Source: Eledone cirrhosa
Lineage: Eukaryota
Direction of reading: 5' to 3'
Length of the DNA stretch: 64,000 nt
NCBI GenBank assembly: GCA_964016885.1
Contig: OZ024745.1
Location: 91,016,001-91,080,000 of the forward strand
The notes under the pieces were generated by a model. It was not told where the DNA came from and ran no database searches. It saw nothing but the letters and a program-made list of their open reading frames with translations. This document shows positions 1 to 12,599 of the stretch, in pieces. The translations under genes and the position numbers were made by a program. Position 1 is the stretch's first letter; every line of letters begins with the position of its first letter.

Positions 1-3000
1 AAGTGTGTTAAACAACATTGCAAGCCCACTAAAAGTGTTTTAAACAACATTGCAAGCCCACTAAAAGTGTTTTAAACAACATTGCAAGCCAACTAAAAGT
101 GTATCAAACAAGATTGCAAGCCCACTGAAAGTGTTTTAAACAACATTGCAAGCCCACTGAAAGTGTTTTAAACAACATTGCAAGCCCACAAAAAGTGTGT
201 TAAAGAACATTGCAAGCCCACTAAAAGTGTTTTAAACAACATTGCAAGCCCACTAAAAGTTTTTTAAACAACATTGCATGCCCACAAAAAGTGTTTTAAA
301 GAACATTGCAAGCCCACTAAAAGTGTTTTAAACAACATTGGAAGCCCACTGAAAGTGTTTTAAACAACATTGCATGTCCGCAAAAAGTGTATTAAAGAAC
401 ATTGCAAGCCCACTAAAAGTGTTTTAAACAACATTGCAAGCCCACTAAAAGTGTTTTAAACAACATTGCATGCCCACAAAAAGTGTTTTAAAGAACATTG
501 CAAGCCCACTAAAAGTGTTTTAAACAACATTGCAAACCCACTGAAAGTGTTTTAAACAACATTGCAAGCCCACTGAATGAGTTCTAAACAACATGGCAAG
601 CCCACTGAAAGAGTTTTAAACAACAATGCAAGCCCACTGAAAGTGTTTTAAACAACATTGCAAGCCCACTAAAAGTGTATCAAACAATATTGCAAGCCCA
701 CTGAAAGTGTTTTAAACAACATGGCAATCCCACTGAAAGTGTTTTAAACAACATTGCAAGACCACAAAAAGTGTGTTAAAGAACATTGCAAGCCCACTAA
801 AAGTGTTTTAAACAACATTGCAAGCCCACTAAAAGTGTTGTAAACAACATTGCATGCCCACAAAGAGTGTTTTAAAGAACATTGCAAGCCCACTAAAAGT
901 GTTTTAAACAACATTGCAAGCCCACTGAAAGTGTTTTAAACAACATTGCATGCCCGCAAAAAGTGTATTAAAGAACATTGCAAGCCCACTAAAAGTGTTT
1001 TAAACAACATTGCAAGCCCACTAAAAGTGTTTTAAACAACATTGCATGCCCACAAAAAGTGTTTTAAAGAACATTGCAAGCCCACTAAAAGTGTTTTGAA
1101 CAACATTGCAAACCCACTGAAAGAGTTTTAAACAACATTGCAAGCTCACTGAATGAGTTCTAAACAACATGGCAAGCCCACTGAAAGAGTTTTAAACAAC
1201 AATGCAAGCCCACTGAAAGTGTTTTTAACAACATTGCAAGCCCACTGAAAGAGTTTTAAACAACATTGCAAGCCCACTGAATGAGTTCTAAACAACATGG
1301 CAAGCCCACTGAAAGAGTTTTAAACAACAATGCAAGCCCACTGAAAGTGTTTTTAACAACATTGCAAGCCCACTAAAAGAGTTTTAAACAACATTGCAAG
1401 CCCACTGAAAGAGTTTTAAACAACAATGCAAGCCCAGTGAAAGTGTATTAAACAACATTGCAAGCCCACTGAAAGTGTTTTAAACAACATTGCAAGCCCA
1501 CTGAAAGAGTTTTAAACAACATTGCAAGCCCACTGAAAGTGTTTTAAACAACATTGCAAGCCCACTAAAAGTGTTTTAAACAACATTGCAAGCCCACTAA
1601 AAGTGTTTTAAACAACATTGCATGCCCACAAAAAGTGTTTTAAAGAACATTGCAAGCCCACTAAAAGTGTTTTAAACAACATTTCATGCCCACTAAAAGT
1701 GTTTTAAACAACATTACATGCCCACAAAAAGTGTTTTAAAGAACATTGCAAGCCCACTAAAAGTGTTTTAAACAACATTGCAAGCCCACTAAAAGTGTTT
1801 TAAACAACATTGCAAGCCCACTAAAAGTGTTTTAAACAACATTCCAAGCCCACTAAAAGTGTTTTAAACAACATTGCAAGCCCACTGAAAGAGTTTTAAA
1901 CAACATTGGAAGCCCACTAAAAGTGTTTTAAACAACAATGCAAGCCCACTGAAAGTGTTTTTAACAACATAGCAAGCCCACTGAAAGAGTTTTAAACAAC
2001 ATTGCAAGCCCACTGAATGAGTTCTAAACAACATGGCAAGCCCACTGAAAGAGTTATAAACAACAATGCAAGCCCACTGAAAGTGTTTTTAACAACATTG
2101 CAAGCCCACTGAAAGAGTTTTAAACAACATTGCAAGCCCACTGAAAGAGTTTTAAACAACATTGCAAACCCACTAAAGAGTTTTAAACAACATTGTAAGC
2201 CCACTGAAAGAGTTTTAAACAACAATGCAAGCCCAGTGAAAGTGTTTTAAACAACATTGCAAGCCCACTGAAAGTGTTTTAAACAACATTGCAAGCCCAC
2301 TGAAAGAGTTTTAAACAACATTGCAAGACCACTGAAAGAGTTTTAAACAACATTGCAAGCCCACTAAAAGTGTTTTAAACAACATTGCAAGCCCACTGAA
2401 AGTGTTTTAAACAACATTGCAAGCCCACTAAAAGTGTTTTAAACAACATTGCAAGCCCACTAAAAGTGTTTTAAACAACATTGAAAGCCCACTAAAAGTG
2501 TATCAAATAATATTGCAAGCCCACTGAAAGTGTTTTAAACAACATTGCAAGCCCACTGAAAGTGTTTTAAACAACATTGCATGCCCACTAAAAGTGTTTT
2601 AAACAACATTGCAAGCCCACTGAGAGAGTTTTAAACAACATTGCAAGCCCACTGTAGGAGTTTTAAAGAACATTGCAAGCCCACTAAAAGTGTCTTAAAT
2701 AACATTGGAAGCCCACTGAAAGTTTTTTAAACAACATTGCAAGCCCACTGAAAGAGTTTTAAACAACAATGCAAGCCCAGTGAAAGTGTATTAAACAACA
2801 TTGCAAGCCCACTGAAAGTGTTTTAAACAACATTGCAAGCCCACTGAAAGAGTTTTAAACAACATTGCAAGCCCACTGAAAGTGTTTTAAACAACATTGC
2901 AAGCCCACTAAAAGTGTTTTAAACAACATTGCAAGCCCACTAAAAGTGTTTTAAACAACATTGCATGCCCACAAAAAGTGTTTTAAAGAACATTGCAAGC

Positions 3001-6000
3001 CCACTAAAAGTGTTTTAAACAACATTTCATGCCCACTAAAAGTGTTTTAAACAACATTACATGCCCACAAAAAGTGTTTTAAAGAACATTGCAAGCCCAC
3101 TAAAAGTGTTTTAAACAACATTGCAAGCCCACTAAAAGTGTTTTAAACAACATTGCAAGCCCACTAAAAGTGTTTTAAACAACATTGCAAGCCCACTAAA
3201 AGTGTTTTAAACAACATTGCAAGCCCACTGAAAGAGTTTTAAACAACATTGGAAGCCCACTAAAAGTGTTTTAAACAACAATGCAAGCCCACTGAAAGTG
3301 TTTTTAACAACATAGCAAGCCCACTGAAAGAGTTTTAAACAACATTGCAAGCCCACTGAATGAGTTCTAAACAACATGGCAAGCCCACTGAAAGAGTTAT
3401 AAACAACAATGCAAGCCCACTGAAAGTGTTTTTAACAACATTGCAAGCCCACTGAAAGAGTTTTAAACAACATTGCAAGCCCACTGAAAGAGTTTTAAAC
3501 AACATTGCAAACCCACTAAAGAGTTTTAAACAACATTGTAAGCCCACTGAAAGAGTTTTAAACAACAATGCAAGCCCAGTGAAAGTGTTTTAAACAACAT
3601 TGCAAGCCCACTGAAAGTGTTTTAAACAACATTGCAAGCCCACTGAAAGAGTTTTAAACAACATTGCAAGACCACTGAAAGAGTTTTAAACAACATTGCA
3701 AGCCCACTAAAAGTGTTTTAAACAACATTGCAAGCCCACTGAAAGTGTTTTAAACAACATTGCAAGCCCACTAAAAGTGTTTTAAACAACATTGCAAGCC
3801 CACTAAAAGTGTTTTAAACAACATTGAAAGCCCACTAAAAGTGTATCAAATAATATTGCAAGCCCACTGAAAGTGTTTTAAACAACATTGCAAGCCCACT
3901 GAAAGTGTTTTAAACAACATTGCATGCCCACTAAAAGTGTTTTAAACAACATTGCAAGCCCACTGAGAGAGTTTTAAACAACATTGCAAGCCCACTGTAG
4001 GAGTTTTAAAGAACATTGCAAGCCCACTAAAAGTGTCTTAAATAACATTGGAAGCCCACTGAAAGTTTTTTAAACAAGATTGCAAGCCCACTGAAAGAGT
4101 TTTAAACAACAATGCAAGCCCACTGAAAGTGTTTTTAACAACATTGCAAGCCCACTGAAAGAGTTTTAAACAACATTGCAAGCCCACTGAAAGAGTTTTA
4201 AACAACATTGAAAACCCACTGAAAGAGTTTTAAACAACATTGCAAGCCCACTGAATGAGTTCTAAACAATATGGCAAGCCCACTGAAAGACTTTTAAACA
4301 ACAATGCAAGCCCACTGAAAGTGTTTTTAACAACATTGCAAGCCCACTGAAAGAGTTTTAAACAACATTGCAAGCCCGCTGAAAGAGTTTTAAACAACAT
4401 TGCAAACCCACTAAAGAGTTTTAAACAACATTGTAAGCCCACTGAAAGAGTTTTAAACAACAATGCACGCCCAGTGAAAGTGTTTTAAACAACATTGCAA
4501 GCCCACTGAAAGTGTTTTAAACAACATTGCAAGCCCACTGAAAGAGTTTTAAACAACATTGCAAGCCCACTGAAAGTGTTTTAAACAACATTGCAAGCCC
4601 ACTAAAAGTGTTTTAAACAACATTGCAAGCCCACTGAAAGTGTTTTAAACAACATTGAAAGCCCACTAAAAGTGTATCAAACAATAATGCAAGCCCACTG
4701 AAAGTGTTTTAAAGAACATTGCAAGCCCACTGAAAGTGTTTTAAACAACATTGCAAGCCCACAAAAAGTGTGTTAAATAACATTGCAAGCCCACTAAAAG
4801 TGTTTTAAACAACATTGCAAGCCCACTAAAAGTGTTTTAAACAACATTGCATGCCAACAAAAAAGCGTTTTAAAGAACATTGCAAGCCCACTAAAAGTGT
4901 TTTAAACAACATTGCATGCCCACTAAAAGTGTTTTAAACAACATTGCAAGCCCACTAAAAGTGTTTTAAACAACATTGCAAGCCCACTAAAAGTGTTTTA
5001 AACAACATTGCATGCCCACAAAAAGTGTTTTAAAGAACATTGCAAGCCCACTGAAAGAGTTTTAAACAACATTGCAAGCCCACTGTAGAAGTTTTAAAGA
5101 ACATTGCAAGCCCACTAAAAGTGTTTTAAATAACGTTGGAAGCCCACTGAAAGTTTTTTAAACAACATTGCAAGCCCACTAAAAGTGTTTTAAACAACAT
5201 TGCAAGCCCACTAAAAGTGTTTTAAACAACATTGCAAACCCACTGAAAGAGTTTTAAACAACATTGCAAGCCCACTGAATGAGTTCTAAACAACATGGCA
5301 AGCCCACTGAAAAAGTTCTAAACAACAATGCAAGCCCACTGAAAGTGTTTTTAACAACATAGCAAGCCCACTGAATGAGTTTTAAACAACATTGCAAGCC
5401 CACTGAATGAGTTCTAAACAACATGGCAAGCCCACTGAAAGTGTTTTTAACAACATTGCAAGCCCACTGAAAGTGTTTTTAACAACATTGCAAGCCCACT
5501 GAAAGAGTTTTAAACAACATTGCAAGCCCACTGAAAGAGTTTTAAACAACATTGCAAACCCACTAAAGAGTTTTAAACAACATTGTAAGCCCACTGAAAG
5601 AGTTTTAAACAACAATGCAAGCCCAGTGAAAGTGTTCTAAACAATATTGCAAGCCCACTGAAAGTGTTTTAAACAACATTGCAAGCCCACTGAAAGAGTT
5701 TTAAACAACATTGCAAGACCACTGAAAGAGTTTTAAACAACATTGCAAGCCCACTAAAAGTGTTTTAAACAACATTGCAAGCCCACTGAAAGTGTTTTAA
5801 ACAACATTGCAAGCCCACTAAAAGTGTTTTAAACAACATTGCAAGCCCACTAAAAGTGTTTTAAACAACATTGAAAGCCCACTAAAAGTGTATCAAACAA
5901 TATTGCAAGCCAACTGAAAGTGTTTTAAACAACATTGCAAGCCCACTGAAAGTGTTTTAAACAACATTGCATGCCCACAAAAAGTGTTTTAAAGAACATT

Positions 6001-9000
6001 GCAAGCCCACTAAAAGTGTTTTAAACAACATTGCAAGCCCACTGAAAGAGTTTTAAACAACATTGCAAGCCCACTAAAAGTGTTTTAAACAACATTGCAT
6101 GCCCACTAAAAGTGTTTTAAACAACATTACATGCCCACAAAAAGTGTTTTAAAGAACATTGCAAGCCCACTAAAAGTGTTTTAAACAACATTGCAAGCCC
6201 ACTAAAAGTGTTTTAAACAACATTGCAAGCCCACTAAAAGTGTTTTAAACAACATTTCAAGCCCACTAAAAGTGTTTTAAACAACATTGCAAGCCCACTG
6301 AAAGAGTTTTAAACAACATTGCAAGCCCACTAAAAGTGTTTTAAACAACATTGCATGCCCACTAAAAGTGTTTTAAACAACATTGCAAGCCCACTGAAAG
6401 AGTTTTAAACAACATTGCAAGCCCACTGTAGGAGTTTTAAAGAACATTGCAAGCCCACTAAAAGTGTCTTAAATAACATTGGAAGCCCACTGAAAGTGTT
6501 TTAAACAACATTGCAAGCCCACTGAAAGAGTTTTAAACAACAATGCAAGCCCACTGAAAGTGTTTTTAACAACATTGCAAGCCCACTGAAAGAATTTTAA
6601 ACAACATTGCAAGCCCACTGAAAGAGTTTTAAACAACATTGAAAACCCACTGAAAGAGTTTTAAACAACATTGCAAGCCCACTGAATGAGTTCTAAACAA
6701 CATGGTAAGCCCACTGAAAGAGTTTTAAACAACAATGCAAGCCCACTGAAAGTGTTTTTAACAACATTGCAAGCCCACTGAAAGAGTTTTAAACAACATT
6801 GCAAGCCCGCTGAAAGAGTTTTAAACAACATTGCAAACCCACTAAAGAGTTTTAAACAACATTGTAAGCCCACTGAAAGAGTTTTAAACAACAATGCAAG
6901 CCCAGTGAAAGTGCTTTAAACAACATTGCAAGCCCACTGAAAGTGTTTTAAACAACATTGCAAGCCCACTGAAAGAGTTTTAAACAACATTGCAAGACCA
7001 CTGAAAAAATTTTAAACAACATTGCAAGCCCACTAAAAGTGTTTTAAACAACATTGCAAGCCCACTGAAAGAGTTTTAAACAACATTGCAAACCCACTAA
7101 AGAGTTTTAAACAACATCGTAAGCCCACTGAATGAGTTCTAAACAACATTGCAAGCCCGCTGAAAGAGTTTTAAACAACATTGCAAGACCACTGAAAGAG
7201 TTTTAAACAACATTGCAAGCCCACTAAAAGTGTTTTAAACAACATTGCAAGCCCACTGAAAGTGTTTTAAACAACATTGCAAGCCCACTAAAAGCGTTTT
7301 AAACAACATTGCAAGCCCACTAAAAGTGTTTTAAACAACATTGAAAGCCCACTAAAAGTGTATCAAACAATATTGCAAGCCCACTGAAAGTGTTTTAAAC
7401 AACATTGCAAGCCCACTGAAAGTGTTTTAAACAACATTGCAAGCCCACAAAAAGTGTGTTAAAGAACATTGCAAGCCCACTAAAAGTGTTTTAAACAACA
7501 TTGCAAGCCCACTAAAAGTGTTTTAAACAACATTGCATGCCCACAAAAAAGCGTTTTAAAGAACATTGCAAGCCCACTAAAAGTGTTTTAAACAACATTG
7601 CAAGCCCACTGAAAGTGTTTTAAACAACATTGCATGCCCACAAAAAGTGTTTTAAAGAACATTGCAAGCCCACTAAAAGTGTTTTAAACAACATTGCAAG
7701 CCCACTAAAAGTGTTTTAAACAACATTGCATGCCCACAAAAAGTGTTTTAAAGAACATTGCAAGCCCACTAAAAGTGTTTTAAACAACATTTCATGCCCA
7801 CTAAAAGTGTTTTAAACAACATTACATGCCCACAAAAAGTGTTTTAAAGAACATTGCAAGCCCACTAAAAGTGTTTTAAACAACATTGCAAGCCCACTAA
7901 AAGTGTTTTAAACAACATTGCAAGCCCACAAAAAGTGTTTTAAACAACATTGCAAGCCCACTAAAAGTGTTTTAAACAACATTGCAAACCCACTGAAAGA
8001 GTTTTAAACAACATTGCAAGCCCACTGAATGAGTTCTAAACAACATGGCAAGCCCACTGAAAGAGTTTTAAACAACAATGCAAGCCCACTGAAAGTGTTT
8101 TTAACAACATAGCAAGCCCACTGAAAGAGTTTTAAACAACATTGCAAGCCCACTGAAAGAGTTTTAAACAACATTGCAAACCCACTAAAGAGTTTTAAAC
8201 AACATTGTAAGCCCACTGAAAGAGTTTTAAACAACAATGCAAGCCCAGTGAAAGTGTTTTAAACAACATTGCAAGCCCACTAAAAGTGTTTTAAACAACA
8301 TTGCAAGCCCACTGAAAGAGTTTTAAACAACATTGCAAGCCCACTAGAAGTGTTTTAAACAACATTGCAAGCCGACTGAAAGAGTTTTAAACAACATTGC
8401 AAGACCACTGAAAGAGTTTTAAACAACATTGCAAGCCCACTAAAAGTGTTTTAAATAACATTGCAAGCCCACTGAAAGTGTTTTAAACAACATTGCAAGC
8501 CCACTAAAAGTGTTTTAAACAACATTGCAAGCCCACTAAAAGTGTTTTAAACAACATTGAAAGCCCACTAAAAGTGTATCAAACAATATTGCAAGCCCGC
8601 TGAAAGTGTTCTAAACAACACTGTAAGCCCACTGAAAGTGTTTTAAACAACATTGCAAGCCCACAAAAAGTGTGTTAAAGAACATTGCAAGCCCACTAAA
8701 AGTGTTTTAAACAACATTGCAAGCCCACTAAAAGTGTTTTAAACAACATTACATGCCCACAAAAAGTGTTTTAAAGAACATTGCAAGCCCACTAAAAGTG
8801 TTTTAAACAACATTGCAAGCCCACTGAAAGAGTTTTAAACAACATTGCAAGCCCACTAAAAGTGTTTTAAACAACATTGCATGCCCACTAAAAGTGTTTT
8901 AAACAACATTGCAAGCCCACTGAAAGAGTTTTAAACAACATTGCAAGCCCACTGATAGAGTTTTAAACAACATTGAAAACCCACTGAAAGAGTTTTAAAC

Positions 9001-11594
9001 AACATTGCAAGCCCACTGAATGAGTTCTAAACAACATGGCAAGCCCACTGAAAGAGTTTTAAACAACAATGCAAGCCCACTGAAAGTGTTTTTAACAACA
9101 TTGCAAGCCCACTGAAAGAGTTTTAAACAACATTGCAAGCCCGCTGAAAGAGTTTTAAACAACATTGCAAACCCACTAAAGAGTTTTAAACAACATTGTA
9201 AGCCCACTGAAAGAGTTTTAAACAACAATGGAAGCCCAGTGAAAGTGTTTTAAACAACATTGCAAGCCCACTGAAAGTGTTTTAAACAACATTGCAAGCC
9301 CACTAAAAGTGTTTTAAACAACATTGCAAGCCCACTAAAAGTGTTTTAAACAACATTGCAAGCCCACTAAAAGTGTTTTAAACAACATTGCAAGCCCACT
9401 GAAAGAGTTTTAAACAACATTGCAAGCCCACTAGAAGTGTTTTAAACAACATTGCATGCCCACTAAAAGTGTTTTAAACAACATTGCAAGCCCACTGTAG
9501 GAGTTTTAAAGAACATTGCAAGCCCACTAAAAGTGTCTTAAATAACATTGGAAGCCCACTGAAAGTTTTTTAAACAACATTGCAAGCCCACTAAAAGTAT
9601 TTTAAACAACATTGCAAGCCCACTAAAAGTGTTTTAAACAACATTGCATGCCCACAAAAAGTGTTTTAAAGAACATTGCAAGCCCACTAAAAGTGTTTTA
9701 AACAACATTGCAAACCCACTGAAAGAGTTTTAAACAACATTGCAAGCCCACTGAATGAGTTCTAAACAACATGGCAAGCCCACTGAAAGAGTTTTAAACA
9801 ACAATGCAAGCCCACTGAAAGTGTTTTTAACAACATAGCAAGCCCACTGAAAGAGTTTTAAACAACATTGCAAGCCCACTGAAAGAGTTTTAAACAACAT
9901 TGCAAACCCACTAAAGAGTTTTAAACAACATTGTAAGCCCACTGAAAGAGTTTTAAACAACAATGCAAGCCCAGTGAAAGTGTTTTAAACAACATTGCAA
10001 GCCCACTAAAAGTGTTTTAAACAACATTGCAAGCCCACTGAAAGAGTTTTAAACAACATTGCAAGCCCACTAGAAGTGTTTTAAACAACATTGCAAGCCC
10101 ACTGAAAGAGTTTTAAACAACATTGCAAGACCACTGAAAGTGTTTTAAACAACATTGCAAGCCCACTAAAAGTGTTTTAAACAACATTGCAAGCCCACTA
10201 AAAGTGTTTTAAACAACATTGAAAGCCCACTAAAAGTGTATCAAACAATATTGCAAGCCCACTGAAAGTGTTTTAAACAACACTGTAAGCCCACTGAAAG
10301 TGTTTTAAACAACATTGCAAGCCCACAAAAAGTGTGTTAAAGAACATTGCAAGCCCACTAAAAGTGTTTTAAACAACATTGCAAGCCCACTAAAAGTGTT
10401 TTAAACAACATTGCATGCCCACAAAAAAGCGTTTTAAAGAACATGGCAAGCCCACTAAAAGTGTTTTAAACAACATTGCAAGCCCACTGAAAGTGTTTTA
10501 AACAACATTGCATGCCCACAAAAAGTGTTTTAAAGAACATTGCAAGCCCACTAAAAGTGTTTTAAACAACATTGCAAGCCCACTAAAAGTGTTTTAAACA
10601 ACATTGCATGCCCTCAAAAAGTGTTTTAAAGAACATTGCAAGCCCACTAAAAGTGTTTTAAACAACATTTCATGCCCACTAAAAGTGTTTTAAACAACAT
10701 TACATGCCCACAAAAAGTGTTTTAAAGAACATTGCAAGCCCACTAAAAGTGTTTTAAACAACATTGCAAGCCCACTAAAAGTGTTTTAAACAACATTGCA
10801 AGCCCACTAAAAGTGTTTTAAACAACATTGCAAGCCCACTAAAAGTGTTTTAAACAACATTGCAAGCCCACTGAAAGAGTTTTAAACAACATTGCAAGCC
10901 CACTAAAAGTGTTTTAAACAACATTGCATGCCCACTAAAAGTGTTTTAAACAACATTGCAAGCCCACTGAAAGAGTTTTAAACAACATTGCAAGCCCACT
11001 GTAGGAGTTTTAAAGAACATTGCAAGCCCACTAAAAGTGTCTTAAATAACATTGGAAGCCCACTGAAAGTTTTTTAAACAACATTGCAAGCCCACTGAAA
11101 GAGTTTTAAACAACAATGCACGCCCACTGAAAGTGTTTTTAACAACATTGCAAGCCCACTGAAAGAGTTTTAAACAACATTGCAAGCCCACTGAAAGAGT
11201 TTTAAACAACATTGAAAACCCACTGAAAGAGTTTTAAACAACATTGCAAGCCCACTGAATGAGTTCTAAACAACATGGCAAGCCCACTGAAAGAGTTTTA
11301 AACAACAATGCAAGCCCACTGAAAGTGTTTTTAACAACATTGCAAGCCCACTGAAAGACTTTTAAACAACATTGCAAGCCCGCTGAAAGAGTTTTAAACA
11401 ACTTTGCAAACCCACTAAAGAGTTTTAAACAACATTGTAAGCCCACTGAAAGTGCTTTAAACAACAATGCAAGCCCACTGAAAGTGTTTTAAATAACATT
11501 GCAAGCCCACTAAAATTGTTTTAAATAACAAAACTGTAAGCCCACTGAAAGTGCTTTAAACAACAAAATTGTACGCCCACTGAAAGTGTTTTAA
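1..11594. repeat. 32-bp tandem satellite, about 360 monomers, running off the left edge
   Basis: Unit TTGCAAGCCCACT(G/A)AAAG(T/A)GTTTTAAACAACA repeated head-to-tail with point variants and no unique spacers. Confidence 0.98.
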
Positions 11595-11811
11595 CCCTTT
11601 AGTATTTAAACCGGCCATATCCGGCCAGAATTCTTTCACCTTATTCTGTTCAAAGCAGCCATAACCGTCCACTCATACTGATGTTAAGGTATTCTCAAAA
11701 TAAATAATATCAAAATCTCATAGATTCGATATTATGTGAGATGTTATGTGAGATAAAGCCTTTACCATGAAATTACAATAGTAAATATAGAGTAATGTAA
11801 ATGCTAAAGGG
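11595..11811. mobile_element. piggyBac-like MITE at the satellite edge
   Basis: TTAA|CCCTTTAGTATTTA ... TAAATGCTAAAGGG terminal inverted repeats. Removing it restores GTGTTTTAA|ACAACATTG. Same family at 34598 and 49986 in the opposite orientation. Confidence 0.8.
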
Positions 11812-12250
11812 ACAACATTGCAAGCCTACTAAGTGTTTTAAACAAAATTGGGAGCTCTCTAAAAGGGTTTTAAACAACAACATTGTAAGCTCTCTTAATG
11901 GGTTTTAAACAACAACATTGCAAGCCCTCAAAATTGTTTTAAACAACAACATTGTAAACCCTCTAAAGGGTGTTAAACAATAACATTGCAAGCTTTCTAA
12001 AAGGGTTTTAAATAACAACATTGTAAGCCCTCTAAAAGGATTTTAAACAACATTGTAAGCTCTCTAAAAGGGTGTTAAACTATAACATTGCAAGCTCTCT
12101 AAAAGGGTTTTAAATAACAATATTGTAAGCTCTCTAAAAGGGTTTTAAATAACAACATTGTAGGCCCTCTAAAAGGGTTTTAAACAACATTGTAAGCCCT
12201 CTAAAAGGGTTTTAAACAACAACATTGTAAGCCCTCTAAAAGTGTTTTCA
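11812..12250. repeat. Diverged 31-35 bp satellite monomers (array edge)
   Basis: TTGTAAGC(C/T)CTCTAAAAGGGTTTTAAACAACAACA variants of the main unit. Confidence 0.9.
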
Positions 12251-12599
12251 AGCATAGAGACGTTTTCCTCCCTTTGATTTCAATATACAGCTTTCTTTCT
12301 ATCTTTTTTCTTCTTTCTTACCTTCCTGATATTTTTCTTTACTCTTTTTCCCTCTTTCTATTCCTTCTGCCTGTCTTTTCTCCATTTTCAACAGTTATCA
12401 ATGGAATATACTTTTAGAAAAACTTAACTGATGTGAAAAATGTTTTTTTTATTTTTATTTATTTGTATTTTCAATAATGTTTACATGACAAAGCAAACAC
12501 ATACATATATACATAGAGGATTGTCATATTTATCTATACCTCTCTCTATATGTCTGTCTGTCTCTTTCTCTTTATATATGTGTGTGTATATATATATCT

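Noticed and set aside
1992-11467. Nine near-identical 77-aa minus-strand ORFs
   Set aside because: Translations of the recurring satellite cassette; no coding evidence.
1-11594. CRISPR array (the unit resembles GTTTTA..ATTG[C/A]AAG repeats)
   Set aside because: Monomers are contiguous with no unique spacers, there are no cas genes, and the context is eukaryotic.
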